DNA from: an uncultured virus (IMG/VR IMGVR_UViG_3300033150_001690)
Lineage: Duplodnaviria > Heunggongvirae > Uroviricota > Caudoviricetes
DNA: 20,000 bases
Reading direction: 5' to 3' (one strand)
IMG/VR virus record: IMGVR_UViG_3300033150_001690
Shown here piece after piece: positions 1 through 7,428 of this stretch. The notes beneath the pieces were generated by a model that was not told where the DNA came from, did no database searches, and was given only the letters and a program-made list of their open reading frames with translations. How positions within the stretch are numbered: position 1 is the first letter of the stretch; every line of letters starts with the position of its first letter. The translations under genes and the position numbers were made by a program.

Positions 1-1
1 A

Positions 2-151
2 AGATTAGAAGAAAGACAGGGTTGTATTAGACAGGGTATTGTTCTAGTTGAGATAGAAGAAACAGAAGAAGAAAGAATATTCATATTTGATGTTGAAGAA
101 GAAGCATGGAAGGAGGTGGAGTATAATGACAAAGTGGAGATATCTAAATGA
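2..151 (+). CDS. 3' end of a truncated acidic hypothetical protein (...VLVEIEETEEERIFIFDVEEEAWKEVEYNDKVEISK)
   Basis: Frame 2 open from the window edge to TGA 149-151; translated by hand, not in the ORF track. Confidence 0.65.
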   Translation, partial: RLEERQGCIRQGIVLVEIEETEEERIFIFDVEEEAWKEVEYNDKVEISK

Positions 152-431
152 TGAAGAGAAGGTATCACTTCTTAAGAAGTATATTCAGGGAAGAGTTCTT
201 AGAAGAGTATCATTAGAACAAACTTCAGGATATTCTCTTCTTGTGTTAGATTTTGGTAATGGGATCAAGTTGAAGATAACAGATGGAGAATATGGAGATC
301 TAAGATGTGTAGATATTATTCAAAATAATAAGAAGATAGTTATGCTCTTAGATGATGAAGAACATCCCTGTCAGCTTACTACGTTTGAAGAAGTTCATAA
401 TAATCCTAAGATCCTTTATGTTCCTTATTAG
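126..431 (+). CDS. hypothetical protein
   Basis: ORF track 87..431; start moved to ATG 126, which follows AAGGAGGTGG. Confidence 0.75.
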   Translation: MTKWRYLNDEEKVSLLKKYIQGRVLRRVSLEQTSGYSLLVLDFGNGIKLKITDGEYGDLRCVDIIQNNKKIVMLLDDEEHPCQLTTFEEVHNNPKILYVPY

Positions 432-467
432 AAGACATGAATTTGAAGAAGAAAGGAGAATTAGAAA

Positions 468-650
468 TTGGCAAGGAATATTTTGAAGACAGATGATATA
501 ATTATAACTGAATTCTTCGGAGGTAAAGGAAGAGGATCCTGTTTTCAAATAAATGTGAAGGATTGTCAAACAGGAGAATGGAGAATGATCAGAATAACTC
601 GATCACAACTAATCAGGATAATTGATTTTATGGTGGATGGAGTAAAATGA
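468..650 (+). CDS. small hypothetical protein
   Basis: TTG start after AAGGAG; stop overlaps next ATG (ATGA). Confidence 0.7.
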   Translation: MARNILKTDDIIITEFFGGKGRGSCFQINVKDCQTGEWRMIRITRSQLIRIIDFMVDGVK

Positions 651-1000
651 CCAGAGTAAGATGTAAGAATTGTGGTTGGGAAGGAGATCCTTCAGAACTA
701 ATAATTCTTCTAGATAAGAGATTAGTTCCTCCTACTTGTCCGAAGTGTCTAAGTCAAGACCTGTCCCTAATAGAAGAACAGAAATATAAAATGAAGACTT
801 TTATCATAGAAATAAGAGAAGATATTTGGGAGAAGATACTATCCTATGTTAAAGAGAAGACAAGAGTGGGAACACTTTTAACTAATGATACATGGGGAAT
901 ATGGAGATATATTCTATCTAAACAATTAACTATACAGGATACATTTCCTGTTTCTTCTTTAAGAGTATTTGAAATAAAATGGTCTCCTTCGGATCTTTAA
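647..1000 (+). CDS. Zn-ribbon protein
   Basis: CKNCGW...CPKC; translationally coupled to the previous gene. Confidence 0.8.
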   Translation: MTRVRCKNCGWEGDPSELIILLDKRLVPPTCPKCLSQDLSLIEEQKYKMKTFIIEIREDIWEKILSYVKEKTRVGTLLTNDTWGIWRYILSKQLTIQDTFPVSSLRVFEIKWSPSDL

Positions 1001-1016
1001 CATGGAGATTTGAAAG

Positions 1017-1331
1017 ATGAATAACGATAAGATATTAGAAGAAATTAAAGCATGGTTAGGAAACAGACTAATACCTAAAGAAGATGCAGATCTTCTTCTT
1101 GACCTGGTCATTCAGTATGGGAATGAGAAGGAACACGAAGGAGAACTTATTGGAGAAGAACGTGGGTATGAAGAAGGATATGAAGAAGGATATGGAGTAG
1201 GTTATAGTAAAGGAAGAGAAGAAGGTATTACTGAAGGAAGAGATCAAGTAATATCAGAAATAGAATATGATCCTCTTATTTCTTTCGAAGATAAACGAAG
1301 TGTCTTACGAAGATTTGGAATATTAGTTTAA
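1017..1331 (+). CDS. hypothetical protein with GxxxG (GYEEG-type) repeat helix
   Basis: GELIGEERGYEEGYEEGYGVGYSKGREEGITEG; GGAG upstream. Confidence 0.8.
   Translation: MNNDKILEEIKAWLGNRLIPKEDADLLLDLVIQYGNEKEHEGELIGEERGYEEGYEEGYGVGYSKGREEGITEGRDQVISEIEYDPLISFEDKRSVLRRFGILV
1100..1110. repeat. dispersed palindrome TGACCWGGTCA, copy 1
   Basis: TGACCTGGTCA, read as D-L-V in ORF 1017..1331. Confidence 0.9.
1167..1214 (+). repeat. 12-bp coding tandem repeat
   Basis: TATGAAGAAGGA x2, then degenerate TATGGAGTAGGT and TATAGTAAAGGA. Confidence 0.75.
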
Positions 1332-1346
1332 GGAGGAAGAAATAAA

Positions 1347-1535
1347 ATGCGAATATATGAAGAACTACCCTGTGGATGTCTGGTCTCTAGAGAAGATCAA
1401 GCTATGATACCTTGTTGTTATCCAGAAGTGGGTCAACGACCGTCTAAACTTCATTTAAGATGTATGGAGTTATTCTTCAAAGAAGGAAAGTCAGTAGAAG
1501 AGATTAAACAAATTGTGAAAGAAAGGAAGGTTTAA
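1347..1535 (+). CDS. small Cys-rich hypothetical protein
   Basis: LPCGC...PCC...HLRC; AAGGAGG RBS. Confidence 0.75.
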   Translation: MRIYEELPCGCLVSREDQAMIPCCYPEVGQRPSKLHLRCMELFFKEGKSVEEIKQIVKERKV

Positions 1536-1538
1536 CGA

Positions 1539-1733
1539 ATGAAGATCCTTTCTGAAGAAGAGAAGAATTGTATTGAGATCGCAATAGATAAATTTAGATT
1601 TTATAAATCTCTTCTTAAGGCCCATCTAGATACTCTTACTTGTTATTGTAAGACCTGTAAAGAGAAGTCATTTGAGGCCTGTAGTGATTGTGATGTTTAT
1701 AAATATCTTAACAAAATTCTTAAGGAGTTCTAA
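1539..1733 (+). CDS. small CxxC-CxxC protein, paralog A
   Basis: AID...LTCYCKTCK...CSDC...KY; aligns by eye with the next ORF. Confidence 0.8.
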   Translation: MKILSEEEKNCIEIAIDKFRFYKSLLKAHLDTLTCYCKTCKEKSFEACSDCDVYKYLNKILKEF

Positions 1734-1735
1734 GA

Positions 1736-1942
1736 ATGAAGAGACCCAAACTAACTAAAGATACGGAGACAGGAATTAAGAACGCTATAGATGAGTATCT
1801 TCTTTCTAGAAGAGTATTAGAGATCTGGTTAGCTATTCTTACTTCTATTTGTGGGAGATGTAAACTGTCTTCTAAATCCTGTATAGATTGTAAAATTGGG
1901 AAATATAAAGATAAACTTGTGGAGATCCTTGACAATGAGTAA
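1736..1942 (+). CDS. small CxxC-CxxC protein, paralog B
   Basis: AID...LTSICGRCK...CIDC...KY; AAGGAG RBS. Confidence 0.8.
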   Translation: MKRPKLTKDTETGIKNAIDEYLLSRRVLEIWLAILTSICGRCKLSSKSCIDCKIGKYKDKLVEILDNE

Positions 1943-2141
1943 GAAGAAAATGATCAAAGGATCTATTCCTGTAGAAGAAGTTAAGAAGAGTATTAGTATA
2001 CTTCAAGAGAAGATCAAAGAACTCAAAGAAGATCTTGAAAAGGCTAAGGAATTAGAAGAAAAAATACAGATTCTACATCTTTTACAAATTTATGAGAGAG
2101 ACCTTACCTTATTTCAGGGTCTTTTAAAGGAGATTAACTAA
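1935..2141 (+). CDS. small coiled-coil protein
   Basis: ORF track 1896..2141; ATG 1935 after GGAG is the more likely start; heptad L/I-E/K pattern. Confidence 0.7.
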   Translation: MSKKKMIKGSIPVEEVKKSISILQEKIKELKEDLEKAKELEEKIQILHLLQIYERDLTLFQGLLKEIN

Positions 2142-2142
2142 G

Positions 2143-2244
2143 ATCTTCGGGCAGAAAGGATATGGAAGAAGTTACATGATACCGAACTTCAACCATACAA
2201 AGAACTTTTGGACCCAACTTCTTCCATATCCCTGTAAAGAAGAT
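2143..2244 (+). ncRNA. intergenic structured RNA: perfect 16-bp stem closed by a bulge-helix-loop-like motif
   Basis: GGATATGGAAGAAGTT (2158-2173) pairs with AACTTCTTCCATATCC (2216-2231); flanked by GCAG-AAA / CTGT-AAA and ATCTTC / GAAGAT. Confidence 0.6.
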
Positions 2245-2624
2245 TGGGAGGAGTAAAAATACCTCTTAATTGTATCTTATGTGGAAGAAAATATCTGAAG
2301 AAGGACTGGAGAGATCATTTAAGGAGAGATCATAGAATACCTGAAAAATTTATTGATAAGTATAAGTTCTTCGTTATAAGAAGAAGTGATACTAACATTC
2401 CTGTTATAGAAGACAGTAAATGTCCTTCCTGTGGGTCAACTATTTCTCCTAAGATATTATATTGGAGACAAGATGGACCCGAAGAAGAGGTAAGTAAAGC
2501 AAGAAGGTTATATCATCTTCCTCTTCTTCTCACTGGATACTGTCCTAATTGTGGTCAGTTAGTCTTCATACGTAAAGTTTATTTGATTAAAGAAGGTGAC
2601 CAGGTCACAGGTGAAAAGCAATGA
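2244..2624 (+). CDS. C2H2-like zinc finger plus Zn-ribbon protein
   Basis: CILC-x11-H-x4-H, then CPSC...CPNC; true start may be ATA 2259 after GGAGGAG. Confidence 0.8.
   Translation: MGGVKIPLNCILCGRKYLKKDWRDHLRRDHRIPEKFIDKYKFFVIRRSDTNIPVIEDSKCPSCGSTISPKILYWRQDGPEEEVSKARRLYHLPLLLTGYCPNCGQLVFIRKVYLIKEGDQVTGEKQ
2597..2607. repeat. dispersed palindrome TGACCWGGTCA, copy 2
   Basis: GTGACCAGGTCAC (13-bp symmetry), read as D-Q-V. Confidence 0.9.
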
Positions 2625-2764
2625 GAACAGAAGAAGAGATAAGAAAGAAGTTAGATACTCTTCGTAGAATGAGAAGATATGAGTTTAGTAGATGGAAGGG
2701 AGTACTATTTGACCAGAAGATTAGAGCATTAGAATGGGTCCTAGAGGAGTTGGAGGACCTATGA
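2621..2764 (+). CDS. 47-aa protein MRTEEEIRKKLDTLRR...IRALEWVLEELEDL
   Basis: Translated by hand; ATGA overlaps at both ends, GGTGA RBS; below the ORF-track cutoff. Confidence 0.75.
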   Translation: MRTEEEIRKKLDTLRRMRRYEFSRWKGVLFDQKIRALEWVLEELEDL

Positions 2765-2985
2765 TCCCTAGATGTCCTGTATGTAAACACCCATTAGAAG
2801 AAGTTAGGGAAGAATATAGATCTGTTTCTACATACAAATATTCTTCTAATGATCAAGGATATGACGTAATTAAAGATGAAGAAAACTTTGTTTTAGTATG
2901 TCCTTATTGTGGTTCTGTTCTTCCTAATAAAGTAGCTGAGAAGATTATTCCTAAACTTCCACTTCCTTCTTCTATTAATCTCTAA
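2761..2985 (+). CDS. Zn-ribbon protein
   Basis: CPVC...CPYC; ATG 2761 after GGAGG (track starts at 2734). Confidence 0.8.
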   Translation: MIPRCPVCKHPLEEVREEYRSVSTYKYSSNDQGYDVIKDEENFVLVCPYCGSVLPNKVAEKIIPKLPLPSSINL

Positions 2986-2996
2986 ATGAGGAGAAT

Positions 2997-3188
2997 TTGA
3001 TGTGTAATGTTAGATGTGCAAACTGTGGTCGTATAATAGATTCTGAAGATTCTGGAGAAACAGCCTTTTGTGAACAATGTTATAAAGAAGTAATCAAAGA
3101 GGTAGAGAGAAAAGCATATTTAGAAGGATTTAATCACGCAATAGAACTATTAGAAGTAACTTATAAAGAACTAACTAAAGAAAAATAA
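2997..3188 (+). CDS. small Zn-finger protein
   Basis: CANC...CEQC, AYLEGF helix; GAGGAG RBS. Confidence 0.75.
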   Translation: MMCNVRCANCGRIIDSEDSGETAFCEQCYKEVIKEVERKAYLEGFNHAIELLEVTYKELTKEK

Positions 3189-3385
3189 TGATAGACCCTC
3201 CACTAAAGAAGTTCTTCTTCTTTAAGGGAGAAAGGTCGGTATACATGAGAGATCCAAACATTTTTAGAGAGTTTAATTTAGAAGAAGAGGCACACATAGA
3301 TGAAGTGGTTCATGTATTGGAAGAATTAGAACACTGGTCTACTTCACCATTGAAGGAGAAGATAGAGTGTAGACTAAGAGAGTAA
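3188..3385 (+). CDS. small hypothetical protein
   Basis: TAATG coupling to the previous gene. Confidence 0.6.
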   Translation: MIDPPLKKFFFFKGERSVYMRDPNIFREFNLEEEAHIDEVVHVLEELEHWSTSPLKEKIECRLRE

Positions 3386-3400
3386 AGGAGGTGAGAATGA

Positions 3401-3541
3401 ATGAACAAAATAGTGATTCCCTTAGAAGAGCTCCTAAGAGTAGTTTGGAAGAAACATAATGGTGAGATGACAGATGAAGATGTGGAAGAATGGTTCGAGA
3501 GAAAGACATCTGCTTCTTCAAATAAGGAGGAAGAAGATTGA
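3401..3541 (+). CDS. 46-aa protein MNKIVIPLEELLRVVWKKH...NKEEED
   Basis: Translated by hand; AAGGAGGTGA RBS; stop overlaps the next TTG. Confidence 0.7.
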   Translation: MNKIVIPLEELLRVVWKKHNGEMTDEDVEEWFERKTSASSNKEEED

Positions 3542-3696
3542 TAGAAAATCTCGTTGTAATTGGAATGATCGGAGAAATAGTGAAGTTATTAGGATATCTT
3601 ATATTAGAAGAACATGGAAATGAAAGAATAACTTCATGGGGATGTTCTCTGTTTTCTTCTGGTGTTAGCAGGTCTATTTCTCTAAAGGAGGTATGA
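3538..3696 (+). CDS. 52-aa protein with hydrophobic N-terminus (MIENLVVIGMIGEIVKLLGYLIL...)
   Basis: Translated by hand; TTG after AAGGAGG; fills the gap exactly. Confidence 0.6.
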   Translation: MIENLVVIGMIGEIVKLLGYLILEEHGNERITSWGCSLFSSGVSRSISLKEV

Positions 3697-4097
3697 ACTT
3701 GCTTATTCTTCAGAAGTTTAGTTGTCCTAACTGTAGATACTTCTATAGAGTATTGTCTGAGGTCTATACTGATAAACAAAAGGAGGTCTTAGAGACACAG
3801 GAGGTATCCTGTCCTAGATGTAATACTAGAATGAATCTTATTACTGAAGAAGTATCAGACATCTTCTCTTCAGTTAAAGATGGAGAAAACATTAGAATAT
3901 ATCTCTTTGGAGATGAAATAGTGAATATCTCTCCTGAAGAGATTAGAGTTAATTTAGGTAATTTGATCTTCAATGGATTTAATGGTCTTGTTTCTATTGA
4001 ATATTCTCTAAATAATATTGTTTCTTTAGAGGTCTTTCCTGACTCTCAAAGTTATGCATTTTTCAAGAAGAAGAACAAAAAGAAATTAGGAGAATAG
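3693..4097 (+). CDS. Zn-ribbon protein
   Basis: CPNC...CPRC; RBS spacing favours TTG 3699 as start. Confidence 0.75.
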   Translation: MNLLILQKFSCPNCRYFYRVLSEVYTDKQKEVLETQEVSCPRCNTRMNLITEEVSDIFSSVKDGENIRIYLFGDEIVNISPEEIRVNLGNLIFNGFNGLVSIEYSLNNIVSLEVFPDSQSYAFFKKKNKKKLGE

Positions 4098-4100
4098 AAC

Positions 4101-4445
4101 ATGTCTAAGAATTGGAAGAGAAGATTTAAGAGACTTCATAAACGATTTATAAAAGAAATGACCAGTATTCTAGAGTCTTCTAAGCTTCTAAGTGAAGAGA
4201 AACTTCTACAAGTAATTGGGACCTGGAATTTAGATCTATCTGAGGTCTACAATTTTCTAGTAAGTGAAGAGAAGAAGAAAAAGAGATTAACAGAAGGAGT
4301 TAAAGAGGCTAAGAATAATAAACAAGAGTCTTCTAATAACGAAGAACTGAAGAGGGCAACTTCTACTTCATCTTATTATGGATACTCCTATGTTGTATAT
4401 CCTTCCACTAAGAAAATAAGTGAAGTGGAGAAGGATTTAGATTGA
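4101..4445 (+). CDS. hypothetical protein, basic N-terminus, S/T/Y-rich C-terminal part
   Basis: ORF track; AGGAG RBS. Confidence 0.75.
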   Translation: MSKNWKRRFKRLHKRFIKEMTSILESSKLLSEEKLLQVIGTWNLDLSEVYNFLVSEEKKKKRLTEGVKEAKNNKQESSNNEELKRATSTSSYYGYSYVVYPSTKKISEVEKDLD

Positions 4446-4627
4446 GTAAGATAGAAGAATTAAAAAAATATGTTCTTCAGTTGAGAAATAAAACAATAAC
4501 TGATAAAGAGATCGCCCAAGTAATGAAATTAATTAATGAAGCATTAGACGAAACATATACTTCAGGTTATAGTCAAGGATCTTATGAAGGATACGAAGAA
4601 GGATACCATGCTAGATATGAGAGTTAG
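4442..4627 (+). CDS. small protein with C-terminal GxxxG repeats
   Basis: YTSGYSQGSYEGYEEGY; coupled TTGA start. Confidence 0.7.
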   Translation: MSKIEELKKYVLQLRNKTITDKEIAQVMKLINEALDETYTSGYSQGSYEGYEEGYHARYES

Positions 4628-4719
4628 GAGGTAATATTTAAAAGAAAAACAGGATTACCTTATTCTTATGATCTTATTCTTCAGAATTATATCAGAAGAT
4701 AGTTAAAGAGAGGAGAATA

Positions 4720-5616
4720 ATGACGATTTATATTCTAACTAATGTGACCTCTTCATTATATAATAAACCTACAGGTCTAAAACTAGCAGAACTAGGAGGG
4801 TTTACTCCAATTAGACCTAGTGACCTGGTCAACCTTCATCCTGAGAGAGGAGATGTATTAATACGATATGGTATTTCTTCTTATCCCAATAAAGACCTAG
4901 AGTTTACCATAGGTTGGGTCTTTAATAAAGCAGATGATATCAGGAAGGCTTCTAATAAACTAATAGCTTCTAGAATCATGTATACTCATTCTATTGATAC
5001 TCCTAAGATATGGACCAACAAAGATCTAATAACAGAAGATGATCTTCCTGTTTTAGGAAGAGATCAGTATCATTCCAGAGGATCTGATATTGTCTTCATA
5101 GATACCATGGAGAAGTTAAGAAGAAGTCATAAAGACTATTACTCCAAATTTATACCTTCAATAGCAGAGTATAGACTTCATGTGTTTAAAGGAGAGCCAA
5201 TTAGATTAAGTAAGAAGATCCCTACTGAAGAAGAGAGTATTATTCATAACTTTGAGAATGGCTATAGATTTATGGATAGATGGGGGAGAGAAGAGGGAGA
5301 TCTAGAACTAGAAACTAATGTAGTAATACCTGCTGGTCTAAGGGCTATAGAGGTCTTTAACTTAGATTTTGGAGCAGTTGATATTCTAATATCTGAAGGG
5401 AAAACTCCATATATATTGGAGGTTAATACTGCTCCTAGATTAAATAAATATGGAAGACAATTATATGTTTACTACTTCAGGTCTAAGTGTATGAGTGAAG
5501 ATGATGACCCAGGGAAGTATGCTTATACTAATTATTCTAGATTAAGATTAAATGAAGGACCACTAAGTAATGGTCTACCTATAACGTTTAGAGATATTGT
5601 AAAAAGAAGGAGGTGA
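4720..5616 (+). CDS. ATP-grasp amide/peptide ligase (RimK/LysX-like fold)
   Basis: N...ASNK, LPVLGR, EYRLHVF, LDFGAVDIL and YILEVNTAP motifs, including the metal-binding D and ExN. Confidence 0.9.
   Translation: MTIYILTNVTSSLYNKPTGLKLAELGGFTPIRPSDLVNLHPERGDVLIRYGISSYPNKDLEFTIGWVFNKADDIRKASNKLIASRIMYTHSIDTPKIWTNKDLITEDDLPVLGRDQYHSRGSDIVFIDTMEKLRRSHKDYYSKFIPSIAEYRLHVFKGEPIRLSKKIPTEEESIIHNFENGYRFMDRWGREEGDLELETNVVIPAGLRAIEVFNLDFGAVDILISEGKTPYILEVNTAPRLNKYGRQLYVYYFRSKCMSEDDDPGKYAYTNYSRLRLNEGPLSNGLPITFRDIVKRRR
4821..4831. repeat. dispersed palindrome TGACCWGGTCA, copy 3
   Basis: TGACCTGGTCA, read as D-L-V in the ATP-grasp gene. Confidence 0.9.
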
Positions 5617-5620
5617 AGAA

Positions 5621-5809
5621 TTGGAAGAAGAAGACATGAAGTTCTTCTTTACATTCTTTCTATTGATTCTTTTATGAATCTTCAACTTATTAGGAGAAGT
5701 ATCTAAACTAACAGAAAATACAGTTCATCAAGTAATTGCTATAATAGGATCAACTATTTGTATTATTGGTCTTGTTCTAGCATACATAGGAGACAGAATA
5801 TTCTCTTAG
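5621..5809 (+). pseudogene. two-helix membrane protein ORF interrupted by in-frame TGA at 5675-5677
   Basis: TTG after GGAGGTGA; MEEEDMKFFFTFFLLILL*IFNLLGEVSKLTENTVHQVIAIIGSTICIIGLVLAYIGDRIFS*. Confidence 0.6.
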
Positions 5810-5816
5810 TCTTCCT

Positions 5817-5858
5817 TCCTTGGAATCCTGAATGAGGAGTACCTCTTCAGGACAAGGA
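5817..5858 (+). promoter_or_regulatory. intergenic hairpin overlapping the RBS of the next gene
   Basis: TCCTTG-gaa-TCCTGAA-t-GAGG-agta-CCTC-TTCAGGA-CAAGGA (17 bp, two bulges). Confidence 0.65.
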
Positions 5859-5873
5859 GAGTGAAGAAGAAAT

Positions 5874-6080
5874 ATGAAAATATATTGTAAAATAGAAGAT
5901 GTTTCTATGGATCCAGAAGGGAATATAGTGTTGTTCTTTAGTAAAGAAAAAGAGACAACTAGAGAAGTTACAATATCTTTATTGAAGAATTGGATAGGTC
6001 AAGAAGTTATTATCACAATATCTCCTTTGGTAAGAAGACATGACCAGGTCACGGAGGATATAGGAATTGAAGGTGTATAA
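5874..6080 (+). CDS. small beta-rich hypothetical protein
   Basis: ORF track; overlaps the start of the ligase gene. Confidence 0.7.
   Translation: MKIYCKIEDVSMDPEGNIVLFFSKEKETTREVTISLLKNWIGQEVIITISPLVRRHDQVTEDIGIEGV
6041..6051. repeat. dispersed palindrome TGACCWGGTCA, copy 4
   Basis: TGACCAGGTCA, read as D-Q-V; just upstream of the ligase RBS. Confidence 0.9.
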
Positions 6081-7428
6081 ACAAGGAGTAGAACTAGAAG
6101 GATTTGTAGTAGAAGAAGATGCTACACCACTAGTGAAGGATCATAATCTCCATGCTGAAATGACCGATCTCTTCAAACATCGAATCTTTAATAGATATTA
6201 CTACGATGATAGTAAGCCAGAGTTTCCTTCTAATCCATATAAATCTGTAGGAGGTCTAGCTAATCATCTTTCTTCAGTGATATCTGGAGCAACAGATCTA
6301 GCTAAGAGTAAGAATGTAAACTATATATTAACAGGATGCTTCCCATTCTGGCAGGACTTCGCTTCAGGTCATATCCACACATCTCTAGTAGATATGAAGG
6401 AAGATGCCTGGAAGGAGATGAAGAGGAAGTTATATAACGCACAACCTATGATAGCTCTTCTATCTGCTAATTCTCCACTAATGAAGGGAGTGTTTAAAGC
6501 TAGTGATGTTAGACTCTCCTTCTCTTCTTGGAGTAGATTTACTGATTATGATAGAGATACTTCTGATCACTATATGGCATTAGCCAAAGGAGAAGGAGGA
6601 GCTACTCTGGAGTGTAGAATACCTTCTTCATCTTCTCTATATCAGATACTTGGTATAGCAATATTCATTAGAATATTGTTAGAAGACGAAGATACTACTC
6701 TTCCTATATTCTATACTAGAGAGATCTTTGATAGGGTAACTAAATATGGATCAGAAACACTAGTTCCTGTTGGTCTTCCTAAAGGAGTGACCTATCACGG
6801 AGTAAAACTGAAGAAGGCACATGTTAGAATAACTGATCTATGGAGGTTGTACTATAAAGAAAACTATGATCTCTTCAAGGAGAAGTTATCAAACTGTAAG
6901 CCTAGAATTCAGGAAGGAGTATTTAAGTTCTACGATCTTATAGCAAATGGTCTAACAGTATCTGATCTTGTATTGGATTATTGGAACTCTCTTCGTAATA
7001 AAGGAGATATTGTTAAAACATTACAACGTTTAACAGAAGATACCTATAACTATAAATCTACTATACAGGACATTCTTCCTATTCCTAAGAGGAAGTATAT
7101 TCCTCCTCTTCCAAAGAGAATGACTATTGAAGAGTTTAAGGAGTTAGTTAATAGTCTTCAAGTGAAAGAACTAACACCCGTTGAAGTAGATGATATATTG
7201 AAGTTGATCTTTAGCACTCGTATAAGGACTTTTGAAATGTTTAAAGTTATATCAGACATATCTTCTCAGGGGTATTCTATTGCAAGATTACATAGAGATC
7301 TTCTTAGAGAACTAAAATCCTTCGATATTATTAAAGAGAAGAGAAATCCTGATAGAGTAATTATTCCAGGGAAGAACTTCCCAATATTTGTTCAACTATT
7401 AGAGGAGAGTGAGTTATTTAACCAATGA
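6067..7428 (+). CDS. COOH-NH2 ligase, glutamate-cysteine ligase family 2 (GCS2/YbdK-like, glutamine-synthetase fold), with C-terminal extension
   Basis: GVELEG, EFPSNP, GHIHTS, ALLSANSP and LECRIP motifs in the canonical order. Confidence 0.85.
   Translation: MKVYKQGVELEGFVVEEDATPLVKDHNLHAEMTDLFKHRIFNRYYYDDSKPEFPSNPYKSVGGLANHLSSVISGATDLAKSKNVNYILTGCFPFWQDFASGHIHTSLVDMKEDAWKEMKRKLYNAQPMIALLSANSPLMKGVFKASDVRLSFSSWSRFTDYDRDTSDHYMALAKGEGGATLECRIPSSSSLYQILGIAIFIRILLEDEDTTLPIFYTREIFDRVTKYGSETLVPVGLPKGVTYHGVKLKKAHVRITDLWRLYYKENYDLFKEKLSNCKPRIQEGVFKFYDLIANGLTVSDLVLDYWNSLRNKGDIVKTLQRLTEDTYNYKSTIQDILPIPKRKYIPPLPKRMTIEEFKELVNSLQVKELTPVEVDDILKLIFSTRIRTFEMFKVISDISSQGYSIARLHRDLLRELKSFDIIKEKRNPDRVIIPGKNFPIFVQLLEESELFNQ

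Noticed and set aside
2176..2256. 26-aa ORF ending EDWEE (LysW-like EDWGE), whose frame would be stop-free in the putative 81-nt circle
   Set aside because: Weak RBS buried in the stem. The terminal EE-stop is simply the next gene's GGAGGAG RBS, and a 27-codon open frame is easily chance.
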